A stretch of DNA of 64,000 nucleotides from positions 96,001 through 160,000 of the forward strand of contig CAWDPO010000040.1 in NCBI GenBank assembly GCA_963804165.1, written 5' to 3'. Below, piece after piece: positions 31,719 through 42,100 of this stretch. The notes under the pieces are model-generated. The model did no database searches. It saw only the letters and a list, made by a program, of their open reading frames with translations, and was not told the origin of the DNA. This DNA comes from an uncultured delta proteobacterium. GTDB lineage: Bacteria; Desulfobacterota; Binatia; UBA9968. Numbering within the stretch: the first letter of the stretch is position 1; each line of letters starts with the position of its first letter. A program made the position numbers and the translations under genes.

Positions 31719-31733
31719 GCAAGCGCTATGCCT
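31719..31733 (-). promoter_or_regulatory. Putative sigma54 promoter (AGGCATAGCGCTTGC)
   Basis: GG-N10-GC upstream of the treZ/GH13 operon. Confidence 0.65.
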
Positions 31734-31824
31734 TTTGTTTTGGTGTCATTGGGCTGTTGTTGCCATTTCTCTCCTCGATTTGAGCCTAGGCTTCCCGAAT
31801 TTGAGGAACACGCCAAGACGGGAC

Positions 31825-31903
31825 CTCAATCTAGAAACGTCAAACAAATCGGGCTAGCGATTCCACCGAACGTGCTGGCGCGGGCGGCTAAGTTGAACAA
31901 TTA
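31825..31903 (+). pseudogene. C-terminal remnant of ABC transporter substrate-binding protein
   Basis: LNLET.KQIGLAIPPNVLARAAK matches the INLKTAKQIGLTIPPNVLARAD C-terminal signature. Confidence 0.55.
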
Positions 31904-32548
31904 ATCGACGAAGCTACGATGCTGGGGATTGAACTGAATTCTCCTTCAAAATCTTCCGTGAAATCGAACTTACGCGTCGTTCAGTTCCGATAGGGGCTTT
32001 CTAATCGATCGACTTCCGAACTCGTATTCTGCCTCCTCATTGAGTTGATTGAATCGCGTCACTATCTGATCGATGCACGCGTTGGTGGGGTTGTGTGGTC
32101 TGCGGGTGTGTCTGTTTCTCCGTCGGCTTGTAAAAACCTTGGCAATGAATTCAATCTGGACTGTCCGATTTACCGCACAGATAAGGGAAAAAGCCCTATA
32201 AACTTCCTGGTATCGCGGTGCCAAAAAAATCACTGCATTGACTGTCGCTTCATTTGATCTGCGGCAAGGTATGAATAGCAAAATTCAAAGTTACACCACC
32301 CGCCCTTTGCCAATGATATGGCCTTCGACTCCGAGCTCTTGGTTAGATGCGGTCGAATGCTTTCAAAAATACGGCACGAGACCACTCGTCTATTCAAAGA
32401 CACAGTCCGTGTTAATCTACAGTTCGTAGAATATTATCTACACAAATGGGAATTGTTGTTAGACCCAAAGAGCCTACATCAAAACGTTATCCGTGTTTTT
32501 GTTGCATTAAGGATGGCGTCGCCGACTTAAACATGGTTTTTCGTCGTT

Positions 32549-32563
32549 GGGCATCAAACTTGC
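32549..32563 (+). promoter_or_regulatory. Putative sigma54 promoter (GGGCATCAAACTTGC)
   Basis: GG-N10-GC upstream of the BON operon. Confidence 0.65.
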
Positions 32564-32791
32564 TCTACTCTTTCTTTGACGAGGCAAAGTTAGTTCCCCC
32601 CTCTTAGTACTACACAGGTTTTGCTGCCGTCAGCCCCACGACTCGATAACGCACTGACCAGTCGGGCGCTCAGTCATTCGAATAAAATCTAGTCTGATCC
32701 CACTTAGGGACAAAGGAGGAGGAATGCCCTAGTCCAAGAACTCTGCAGCTGCGTAAAAACGAGTAATAAAAAATTCTTAAAAGGAGATTGT

Positions 32792-33181
32792 ATGCGGACA
32801 CGTGCTCTCGGTTTAATTCTCGCGGTTCTAATATTGGGTTGTGGCAAGAAAGATGATGTTTCTAAGAAAGATCAGCCCGCTCAAACCGCCGCAGATAATA
32901 GCGGTCGCAACGTTAAAGATGCTGACGGAGCGACCAAGACTTCGGGAGATCAGTCGGAGAGCGAAGCTGATCGGACCATTACCCAGAATATTCGCCAGGC
33001 CATTGTCGCCGATGATTCTCTTTCCACTAACGGCAAGAACGTCAAGATTATTACAGTCGACGGCACGGTGACGTTACGGGGACCGGTTAAGAGCGAAAAA
33101 GAGAAAGAGGCTATTGTCGCCAAGGCCCAGCAAGTCGCAGGAGTAAAAAAAGTCGATAACCAATTGGAGATCGCCAGCTAA
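32792..33181 (+). CDS. BON domain (OsmY-like) lipoprotein
   Basis: Lipobox LILGC; DQSESEADRTITQNIRQAI...NVKIIT..G.VTLRGPV...VDNQL. Confidence 0.9.
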   Translation: MRTRALGLILAVLILGCGKKDDVSKKDQPAQTAADNSGRNVKDADGATKTSGDQSESEADRTITQNIRQAIVADDSLSTNGKNVKIITVDGTVTLRGPVKSEKEKEAIVAKAQQVAGVKKVDNQLEIAS

Positions 33182-33209
33182 AATTCACTAAAATTCAAAG
33201 GAGAATACC

Positions 33210-33749
33210 ATGTCAAAATCAGTTTTTGGTCTAATCGATAATGAAAGCCAAGCCGAAAGCATAGTCAGCGAACTCAAGAGTGCCGGCTTTTCCAATAACG
33301 ATATCTCGGTGCTGTTCCCCGACAAATCTGGGACCAGAGATTTTGCCCACGAACAGCACACCAAGGCCCCGGAAGGCGCCGCGACAGGAGCAGGCACGGG
33401 GGGAGTACTGGGTGGAGCTTTGGGATGGTTGATTGGAATCGGATCTTTGGCCATTCCCGGGGTCGGTCCGTTCATAGCGGCCGGACCGATCATGGCAGCT
33501 CTGGCCGGCGCAGGTGTTGGTGCGGCTGTGGGCGGGTTAAGTGGGGCGCTGGTGGGCTTGGGCATCCCCGAGTATGAGGCTAAACAGTACGAGGGGAAAA
33601 TCAAAGAGGGCAACATATTGATTTCGGTGCACTCGGAAGACAGCGATGAGGTAAAACGCGCCAAAGATATTTTTGAACGTAACGGCGCGCACGACATCTC
33701 TTCGACAGGAGAAGAAGGCGTTCCCAAGCGGGAAGAAAGGCGCGCTTAG
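33210..33749 (+). CDS. Glycine-rich general stress membrane protein (YflT-like), paralog 1
   Basis: DFAHEQHTKAPEGAATG, IPGVGPFIAAGP, GIPEYEAKQYE. Confidence 0.85.
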   Translation: MSKSVFGLIDNESQAESIVSELKSAGFSNNDISVLFPDKSGTRDFAHEQHTKAPEGAATGAGTGGVLGGALGWLIGIGSLAIPGVGPFIAAGPIMAALAGAGVGAAVGGLSGALVGLGIPEYEAKQYEGKIKEGNILISVHSEDSDEVKRAKDIFERNGAHDISSTGEEGVPKREERRA

Positions 33750-33795
33750 CTGCGCTTGTTACGGTCCGCGGGATCGAAAATTTTTAGGAGGAATT

Positions 33796-33918
33796 ATGAA
33801 GATTTTATCGCAGCTCGTAAAAAGCGAGACGGGCGCGTTGGGTTGGGGCCTCCTTTGGCTACTAGGGATTCCCATACCTATATTAGTAGTGTTGTTCCTA
33901 ATGCGTGGTTGCACATAA
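33796..33918 (+). CDS. 40-aa membrane microprotein (LWLLGIP motif)
   Basis: AGGAGG RBS before the ATG at 33796; MKILSQLVKSETGALGWGLLWLLGIPIPILVVLFLMRGCT. Confidence 0.7.
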   Translation: MKILSQLVKSETGALGWGLLWLLGIPIPILVVLFLMRGCT

Positions 33919-33992
33919 TCGGAAATTCTCGTGCGCATGACGATTTTAGCAAGAAAAATTAACCGGCTTAACTTTTTCGGGGAGAAAAACAC

Positions 33993-34433
33993 ATGAATGC
34001 TTTAGAGCTTCTTAAAACAGACCATCAGAAAGTTAAAGAACTATTTAAAAAGGCAGAAGGTGCGAACTCGGAACGCCAGAAGCAACTCTTTGAGCAAATC
34101 AAGAAAGAACTAGAAACTCACACGCATATCGAGGAGACGATTTTCTATCCGGCGGTAGGACAAACTGACGAGCTAAAGGACATGGTGCTCGAATCCCTCG
34201 AGGAGCACAAACAGGTAAAGACTCTTCTCCGAGAAATGGAGAATCTTACTTCGGACAGCGAGAAGTTTGAACCCAAACTTAAAGTGTTAATGGAAAACGT
34301 CGAACATCATGCGGAGGAGGAGGAAGAAGGAAAAATGTTTCCTAAGATACGTAAACTCATGAACACCGAGAAACTCGAGCGGTTGGGTGAAGAATTGGAG
34401 GCAGCTAAAGGAAAAGGGAGCCGGGCAGCTTGA
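33993..34433 (+). CDS. Hemerythrin-like domain protein
   Basis: LKTDH, HTHIEETIFYPA, EEH, HHAEEEE...MFP motifs. Confidence 0.9.
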   Translation: MNALELLKTDHQKVKELFKKAEGANSERQKQLFEQIKKELETHTHIEETIFYPAVGQTDELKDMVLESLEEHKQVKTLLREMENLTSDSEKFEPKLKVLMENVEHHAEEEEEGKMFPKIRKLMNTEKLERLGEELEAAKGKGSRAA

Positions 34434-34641
34434 AAAGCACGGAGCGCTGCCAACCGAGTCCAACGCTATTGCACGTCAATTGCCGTGCCAACTAGACGGC
34501 ACGCGCAAACTGTAAGCCGACGGTGCTGGTAACCACCATGGGCAGCGGAGATTCAGCTAATCCGCGTAGCCGAATAGCTGAGGCTTTCCGTCAAGCCGTG
34601 AATACACGCCGATAAAGCATGAAAACCCTAGGAGGTGTTCC

Positions 34642-35454
34642 GTGCAGCTTAAAGAATTTATCAATACCCGTGTCGAAACAATTCAATCCGACGATACTTT
34701 ACAACGAGCCGCCGAAAAGATGAGGGAATTGGACGTCGGATCCCTGCCCGTGTGCGAAGGCGGTCAGCTCGTGGGCATGATCACGGACCGAGACATTACA
34801 ATACGCGCGGTTGCTATAGGAAGCGATCCGGTTAGGGCGATGGTACACGAAGTGATGACGCCGGAGGTTTTGTGTTGCTTTGAAAACGAAGAAGTCGAAG
34901 AAGCCGCTCGGATCATGCAAGAAAATCAAGTGCGGCGAATTCTTGTGCTCAACGAAGCTAAGGAGTTAGTCGGCATCACCTCGCTGGGCGAGCTCGCCAC
35001 GGTGACGGGAGATCGTCTATTGGCCGGCGAGACGCTTGAATCGGTTTCAGAGGCATCCGAATCCCGGACGATCCAAGAAGAAAACGAGCTTGATGATGAG
35101 GAGTCTGACGATGACTCGAATACCGAGGGCGGCGGCGAGCTGCCACGTGAGACGAGAGTGACAGGCTTTCTCCACGATCGCGAGGCCGCCAAGAAAGCTA
35201 TCGAAGAATTAAAAGGCGCCGGCTTTACTGACAGCGCAATTTTCATCGGCATACAGGACGAATCCGAACAGCAAAGTTTTGTCGAGGAGACTCAGGCACA
35301 AGCCATAACGGGGGAGGATATTCCGAGCTTGCCGGAACTCAAATCCGGACAAGTCCTGATTATGGTCGAAGCCGAGGAACGGGCAGCCGACGCTCTGGAT
35401 ATTCTCAGCCGCAACCATGCGGTCACCGGAGGAGTTCGTATCCCGACGGCATGA
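34642..35454 (+). CDS. CBS-pair protein with C-terminal YflT-like domain (paralog 2)
   Basis: Highly similar to 17348-18112; AGGAGG RBS; GTG start. Confidence 0.88.
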   Translation: MQLKEFINTRVETIQSDDTLQRAAEKMRELDVGSLPVCEGGQLVGMITDRDITIRAVAIGSDPVRAMVHEVMTPEVLCCFENEEVEEAARIMQENQVRRILVLNEAKELVGITSLGELATVTGDRLLAGETLESVSEASESRTIQEENELDDEESDDDSNTEGGGELPRETRVTGFLHDREAAKKAIEELKGAGFTDSAIFIGIQDESEQQSFVEETQAQAITGEDIPSLPELKSGQVLIMVEAEERAADALDILSRNHAVTGGVRIPTA

Positions 35455-35820
35455 TCATCCTATCGACCGGACCGAAGGACTAAGCGTGTGATTCCTTCAT
35501 TATTCACCTGGCTGCCGCTATTCGGGGCTTTGCCGACTGTGCCCATGCTACGATGAAGCGGTTAATCCGTCGCTGCCCTATGTGCAAAGAAGTCATGGGA
35601 ATCCTCATTGGCGAACGGGTGAAAAATGTTCGGCCTATCCGTGGGCTCTGCATGAGATGCGGTTACGGCTTTCGGTGGTCGATTATTCGATCGTGGGCGA
35701 CCTAAGACATCGCACTCCACCATGCTATGCGTCACTTGATATCAGCTCCATGTAGCCCAAAGTCTCGCGATAGAACTTCGAAGGAGCCGCGGGGTCAACG
35801 ATCGGGTCCCGGATTTATCC

Positions 35821-36822
35821 GTGCGCGAAACGGCGCGTAGGAAACCTAGAATGGATAATTTCGCTGACCCGGGCTGCGGCGTTCGCGCCGCGGGAAACTT
35901 CATTACTTTAAGGGCGCTGTGGTTGCTTACGCGGGATGCATTTTTTCAATGGATTGACGATAATCCTTTCCGATTAGCAGCAGCCCTGGCCTACTACACG
36001 CTGTTCTCCATGGCCCCACTTTTGTTGATCGCGGTCGCAGTCGCCGGCGTAGTATTTGGGCGAGAAGCTTCCCAAAACCAGATTATAAGCGCGGTCGGGG
36101 ATCTCGTTGGAGTTGAAAGCGCGCGAGCGATCCAGGCGATCATTGAAAGCGCTGGCCAGAAGCCCGAGTCAGGTTTTTTAGCCTCTGCTATAGGAATGAT
36201 TTTCTTGCTGCTAGGGGCGGGAGGCGTGGTAGAGCAGCTGCAAGACTCGCTTAATATAATCTGGCGTGTCGCGCCCAAAACCGGTCGCGGGATCATGGGT
36301 TTTTTTCGGGATCGCTTGGTCTCCTATTCAATGGTATTGAGCGTGGGCTTTTTGTTACTCGTCTCACTGGTCATCAGCGCAGTCTTAAATGCGGTTTCGG
36401 GAATAATAGGGGGCTTCCTACCGATCGACGTTGCAACGGCGCACGCTTTAGATCTCGTCGTCTCATTTGCGTTCATCACATTCCTCTTCGCAGTAATTTA
36501 CAAATTCGTGCCCGACGTCCAAATCTCATGGAGAGATGTATGGATCGGAGCGGCCACAACCTCATTGCTATTTTCCGTCGGAAAATTTTTAATCGGCTTT
36601 TATCTGGGCCACAGCACGGTCACATCCATCTATGGTGCAGCCGGTTCACTCGTTACGCTTTTGTTGTGGGTCTACTATTCATCTCTGATGTTTTTATTCG
36701 GCGCCGAGTTGACCCAAGTCTATGCGACCCGGTACGGATCGAGAGTCTCTGCGTCAGAAAAGTTCAAAGCCCTAACCTGGTGCGTGAGTCGTAAAAAATG
36801 CTTTCCTTATGTTGCGATATAA
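35821..36822 (+). CDS. YihY/virulence factor BrkB family membrane protein
   Basis: AAALAYYTLFS, LQDSLNIIW, YGAAGS...LLWVYYS...GAE motifs. Confidence 0.9.
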   Translation: MRETARRKPRMDNFADPGCGVRAAGNFITLRALWLLTRDAFFQWIDDNPFRLAAALAYYTLFSMAPLLLIAVAVAGVVFGREASQNQIISAVGDLVGVESARAIQAIIESAGQKPESGFLASAIGMIFLLLGAGGVVEQLQDSLNIIWRVAPKTGRGIMGFFRDRLVSYSMVLSVGFLLLVSLVISAVLNAVSGIIGGFLPIDVATAHALDLVVSFAFITFLFAVIYKFVPDVQISWRDVWIGAATTSLLFSVGKFLIGFYLGHSTVTSIYGAAGSLVTLLLWVYYSSLMFLFGAELTQVYATRYGSRVSASEKFKALTWCVSRKKCFPYVAI

Positions 36823-36839
36823 GTTGACTCCGCTGCTTC

Positions 36840-38780
36840 GTGTCTGCGTCTGAACGAGGAGCTATGAAAAATCCACGAACCCATCTCCAGGGCATTGGCG
36901 ATCGCAGCACCGGAACAGTACCGCCTCTGATCGCCTTCGGAAGTTTGGTTTTGATTATCGCGTGTCTCTATTGGGCGCAAACAGTTTTGATCCCGATTGC
37001 TCTCTCGATCATGCTAACCTTTCTGCTGAGCCCGGTCGCCGGCACCTTAGAACGGATAGGTCTAAAACGACTCCCTTCAGTCCTCCTTATCGTCGTTCTC
37101 ACGTTTTCCAGCCTCGCCATGATCGGTTGGGTTGTGAGTATCGAGTTTACAAGCTTGGGCAACGAACTACCCAAATATACGGGTAATATCAGACAAAAAA
37201 TCTCCGACGTGCGCGGTGCGGGTAAGGGAGGCGCCCTGGAGAATGTGCAAAAGGCTATTAATCAGGTTAAGGAAGAGATTCAGAAAAAGCAGGAACCTGC
37301 AGAAAAACTCTCAAAGGATAAAGAAATTCCCCGTCCTGTGGTTGTGGAGGCTAAGGAATCATCCAGGTTTTGGCCCGTTCCTTTGGCCTCCACAGCGATG
37401 TTGGAACCGCTTGCCGCAATCGGCCTCGTGATCGTGCTGGTGATCTTTATGCTGATTCAGCGCGAAGACCTGCGCAACCGTTTGATCCGTCTCGTGGGTT
37501 ACGGTCGTTTGACGGTTACCACTAGGGCCCTGGAAGAAGCCGGTCAACGCATAAGCCACTACTTGCTCATGCAAACGATCATCAATTCCTCGTTCGGGGT
37601 CGCGGTCAGTGTGGCTCTTTATTTGATCGGCGTTCCATATGCCGTGCTTTGGGGCTTTTTCGCAACCGTGCTCCGTTTCATTCCCTATGTCGGACCCTTT
37701 GCGGCTGCAATCATGCCGAGCGCCCTTAGCTTGGCGGTTTTCGAAGGTTGGCTCTGGCCGGTCCTGGTTGTGGGAATTTTTGTCGCTCTGGAGCTTATCT
37801 GTAATATGGTTTTGGAGCCCTTACTCTATGCCGAGAGCGCGGGGGTTTCAGAAGTCGGACTTTTAGTCGCAGTCGCTTTCTGGACATGGCTTTGGGGGCC
37901 GGTTGGACTCGTCCTCGCGACCCCGCTCACGGTCTGTGTGGTCGTGCTTTGCAAATACGTACCCCGGATGGATTTTATCGCAGTGCTGATAAGCGATCAG
38001 CCGGCCATGGAATCAAACATAAGCTATTATCAGAGGCTGTTAGCTATGGACCAGGCCGAAGCAGCGGAAATCGTCGAAGAGCATCTTAAGACTCATCCGC
38101 AGGAACAGCTCTTCGATGAGGTACTGATTCCAGCATTGAGCCACGCCCGGAGGGATCGCGAGCTTGGCCGGCTGACGGAAGATGGCGAACAATTTGTGTT
38201 CCGAGCGACACGGGAGATTATCGAGGACCTGAACAGTTTGAAGCCCCAGAGTTCTTCGGAAGTATCAGACTCTTCACAACCAGGGACGATCGACGAAGAT
38301 GCTTCGGCTATGCTGCCGAAAGTTTCCATCTTGGGATGTTCCGCGCAAGACGAAGCGGACGAATTGGCACTTCTCATGTTTCGGCAGCTACTTGATTCCA
38401 GCAGATATGAAGTTGAAATTATCTCCAACGCGGTGCTCACTTCCGAGGTTGTTGCCCTGATCGGTGAAAAAAGTCCGGCGATGATTTGTATCGCAGCCAT
38501 AATACCCGGCGGACTTGCGCAAGCACGATATCTCTGCAAACGGTTGCGCGCACGTTTCCCCAATCTCAAGATCGTGGTAGGGAGATGGGGCACGGAAAGC
38601 GAGGATAGTAACGGTATCGTGCTCGCGGGTGCTGATAAGGTCGGGACTACCATCGTTGAGACACGCGAGCAGATAATTCAATTGTGCCAAATCAGCGTTC
38701 ATTCAGATGCTCAGTCCGTTACAACTCTCCCTCATTTTTCTCCTGCCAACGACCACCCATCCGCCGGGATTGTCACCTAG
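36840..38780 (+). CDS. AI-2E family permease with C-terminal B12-binding-like domain
   Basis: EDLRNRLIRL, LRFIPYVGP, WTWLWGPVGLVLATPLTVC, YYQRLLA; C-terminal alpha/beta domain (RYLCKRLR...VVGRWG). Confidence 0.85.
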   Translation: MSASERGAMKNPRTHLQGIGDRSTGTVPPLIAFGSLVLIIACLYWAQTVLIPIALSIMLTFLLSPVAGTLERIGLKRLPSVLLIVVLTFSSLAMIGWVVSIEFTSLGNELPKYTGNIRQKISDVRGAGKGGALENVQKAINQVKEEIQKKQEPAEKLSKDKEIPRPVVVEAKESSRFWPVPLASTAMLEPLAAIGLVIVLVIFMLIQREDLRNRLIRLVGYGRLTVTTRALEEAGQRISHYLLMQTIINSSFGVAVSVALYLIGVPYAVLWGFFATVLRFIPYVGPFAAAIMPSALSLAVFEGWLWPVLVVGIFVALELICNMVLEPLLYAESAGVSEVGLLVAVAFWTWLWGPVGLVLATPLTVCVVVLCKYVPRMDFIAVLISDQPAMESNISYYQRLLAMDQAEAAEIVEEHLKTHPQEQLFDEVLIPALSHARRDRELGRLTEDGEQFVFRATREIIEDLNSLKPQSSSEVSDSSQPGTIDEDASAMLPKVSILGCSAQDEADELALLMFRQLLDSSRYEVEIISNAVLTSEVVALIGEKSPAMICIAAIIPGGLAQARYLCKRLRARFPNLKIVVGRWGTESEDSNGIVLAGADKVGTTIVETREQIIQLCQISVHSDAQSVTTLPHFSPANDHPSAGIVT

Positions 38781-39198
38781 TTTTGAATGAGTAGCAAACA
38801 CTTAGGAATTAGATTGCCGTCGTGAGCTGCTGCACGCCGGACGATCGTGCTTTTGCACTCGCTCAGGTAGGACTGAGAAGTGAGCGGATCGGTCACATAG
38901 ACTAGGTTTTCAAAGTCGTCGCATCGGAAACAGTGTAACAAAAGCCTATTCATTGCGGATGCGATTTACGGTGTTAAAATCGCAGATTCGCGGGATTCCA
39001 ACCGGACATTCATCCAGAGAGTCGCAACATTGTCCGCAATTTCGATGTTCACTAAGACAGCGCTCTGGATAACGCGTTTTCCTTTTTGCAAGAATATTCT
39101 GCGTATTTAACGCATCGGAGATGCACTGCTCTGACATGAGGCATCAGGATAAAATATCCTGCGTCGGGTCCTGCCAATAGGAAAACATGTAAGTCGGT

Positions 39199-42100
39199 TT
39201 ACCTTGGAGCATGAGAGTTCTCTGCGCCTAAGACAACGCGTACGCGGTGCGTCGCTCCGTCATCGGCGAGTTGGATATACATGCTGCCGCTGGCCATCCG
39301 CACGCCATCGAATTCGATAGACGACACCCCGCGCATTACCCCGTGTGGATTCTCGACCACGATTTCGTATCGCGACGATTGATAGCGAAAGGTAATCCTA
39401 AAGTTCCGCCATGCACGTTGGATACAAGGGTCGAGATGAAGCCTCGTGCCGCGCAGACGCACACCCAGGATCCACTCGATGCCCGCCCTATACATCCAAC
39501 CCGCTGATCCCGTGTACCAAGTCCAACCGCCGCGTCCGACATGCGACGGTTCTGCATAGATATCACCGGCGACGACGTACGGCTCGACTTTGTAGCGGGA
39601 AACGCCAGCGCGAGTGTTCGAGTGATTGATCGGGTTCAAGAGCGAGAAAAGTTCACCGGCCTTGTCGCCTTCGCCGAGTGCCGCGAAAGCCAGGACAGAC
39701 CAGATCGCCCCATGAGTATAGTGGCCACCGTTTTCGCGGATGCCGGGCGGGTACCCTTTGATATAACCTGGATCCGGACTCGCGTGGTCGAACGGCGGGG
39801 TGAACAAGACCGCGAGCCCCTCTGCGCGGCGAACGAGATGTTTCTCAACGGCTGCCATGGCGCGCGCTCCACGAGCCGGCTCAGCGGCACCGGAAATGAC
39901 CCCCCAGGATTGGGCGATTGAGTCGATGCGACATTCGGCGTTCTCGGTGGACCCGAGCGGCGTCCCATCGTCAAAATAAGCGCGCCGATACCATTCGCCG
40001 TCCCACGCCTCGCGTTCCAGCGATGCTTTGAGTGCACTGACATGCAGTCGCCACTTTTCGGCGCGTGGGTGCTCACCGCGTGCCTGGGCAAGGCGAGCAA
40101 ATTCCCATAGTATGGTGTGAAGAAACCAACCGAGCCAGACGCTCTCGCCACTTCCGGCAGATCCGACCCGGTTCATTCCATCGTTCCAGTCTCCCGTGCC
40201 GATCAGTGGAAGACCGTGGCGGCCGACCGCTAGACTGCGATCGAGGGCACGCGCACAATGCTCGAACAGTGTGCCGGTTTGTGCAGAAACGTGGGGCTCG
40301 AAATAGGAATCTTCCTGTCCCAAAGCGAGAACGGGACCATCGAGAAAAGGAACGATCTCGTCGAGGAGAGCGATCTCGTTTGTGACTTCCAGATATTGGA
40401 TGACTACGTACGGCAACCAGAGCAGATCATCGGAGACCCGCGTGCGCACGCCGCGGCCTGATGGGGGATGCCACCAATGCTGCACATCTCCTTCGACGAA
40501 TTGCCGCGCGGCGGCCCGCACGATTTGGGCCCGTGCAATATCTCGTTGCGCAACCGTCAGCGCGATCACGTCTTGGAGCTGATCGCGAAAACCGTACGCG
40601 CCACCCGCTTGATAAAACGCGGAGCGCGACCAAACCCGACAGGCCAGCGTTTGATAGAGCAGCCAACGATTGAGCATTAGGTTCAACGATCGATCGGGGG
40701 TTGCCACCTGGACCGTGCCAAGAATGTCATCCCAGTGCTTGATAACCGCGCGCAAAGTTTCGTCAAGGTCGACCCCACGGTAGAGCGCGACCAATTTTCG
40801 GGCTTGTTCACTGGTGGCCGCCTCGCCCAGGAAAAAAACAATTTCGGCGCGGCCTCCCGCACTTAGCTCGACCGTGGTTTGCAGAGCAGCGCACGGGTCG
40901 AGGCCAGCGCCGACCCTGCCTGAGAAACGGTCCCCTCGTTCGAGAGATGCCGGATGATCGGAAGTACCATTGCGACCGAAGAACTCCGTCCGATCACCAG
41001 TCCACGCGGTTTGTCGTCCGCTCATATCGGCAAACGCTACGCGACCGGCAAACTCGCTGTTCCAAGCGTTGCGTGCAAACATCGCCCCCGTTTCCTTGTC
41101 GATCTCGGTGATAATAAAGGGAGCAGAGCCGCTCCGGGAAACGCCCAGCACCCACTCGACATAGGCGGTCACACAAAGACGTCTGGATCGGTCTGAGCGA
41201 TTCTCAACGGTTAGGCGGGAGATCTTAATCGGGTCCGAGAGTGACACGAACTGCAAGAGGTCAAGCGCTACTCCGTGTGACGTGTGCTCGAAGCGGCTGT
41301 ATCCCTGGCCATGCCGAGCCGTATACGGCCAAGCCGCCTCACGGATCGGCAGCACTGTCGGGCTCCACAAGTCGCCAGTGTCTTCATCGCGCACGTATAT
41401 CGTCTCGCCGGAAGGGTCGGTGACGGGATCATTCGACCAAGGGGTGAGTTGGTTCTCGCGGCTGTTTAGCGACCAGGTATAACCAGAGCCCGACTCTGAT
41501 ACCTGAAAACCGAAAGAGGGGTTCGCGATAACATTGATCCATGGTGCCGGCGTCCACTGTCCCTCGCCGAGGATCGTCATATATTCTCGTCCGTCGGCAG
41601 TGAATCCGCCCAAGCCATTGAAGAACTCCAGATCCGGCCGTTCAGGCGAGACATCCGAAGATTTAGTCTCCGGCGGCCGCAATGGCGGTGGAATCGCAGG
41701 CGTTGGGGCTCGTTGTTGACGTTCCACTTGTTCAGCCAGGCTGCCGCGGCGGCTCAAGAGCACAGCCCGGGCGGCAGTCTGGAGCAATGTGCGATCCTCA
41801 GCCGAAATAAGATCTCCTCTGAGAATAAACACGCTGCCGAAGGAGTCTTGTCCCTCTTGCTGGAGGCGCGACTGGCTGGCTCTCACCTGGCTCTCCAAAG
41901 CCTCTTGGAGGTTTTGGGCGTAAGAAGAAGCCTGCTCGTTCAAGATCACGAGATCCACCGCCAATTGCTTCATTCGCCAGTATTCGTGGGCGCGAAGCAA
42001 CTGGCGCACGATATTCTGGTCTTCAGCATCATCGATGCGAATAAGCACGATTGGCAGATCGCCGGAAATCCCGTGTCGCCACAGTCCCGGAGGGCCTTGG

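Noticed and set aside
33188-33727. 179-aa Pro/Ala-rich minus ORF (similar one at 55960-56355)
   Set aside because: Antisense of Gly-rich genes; the similarity is only the mirror of the real paralogs.
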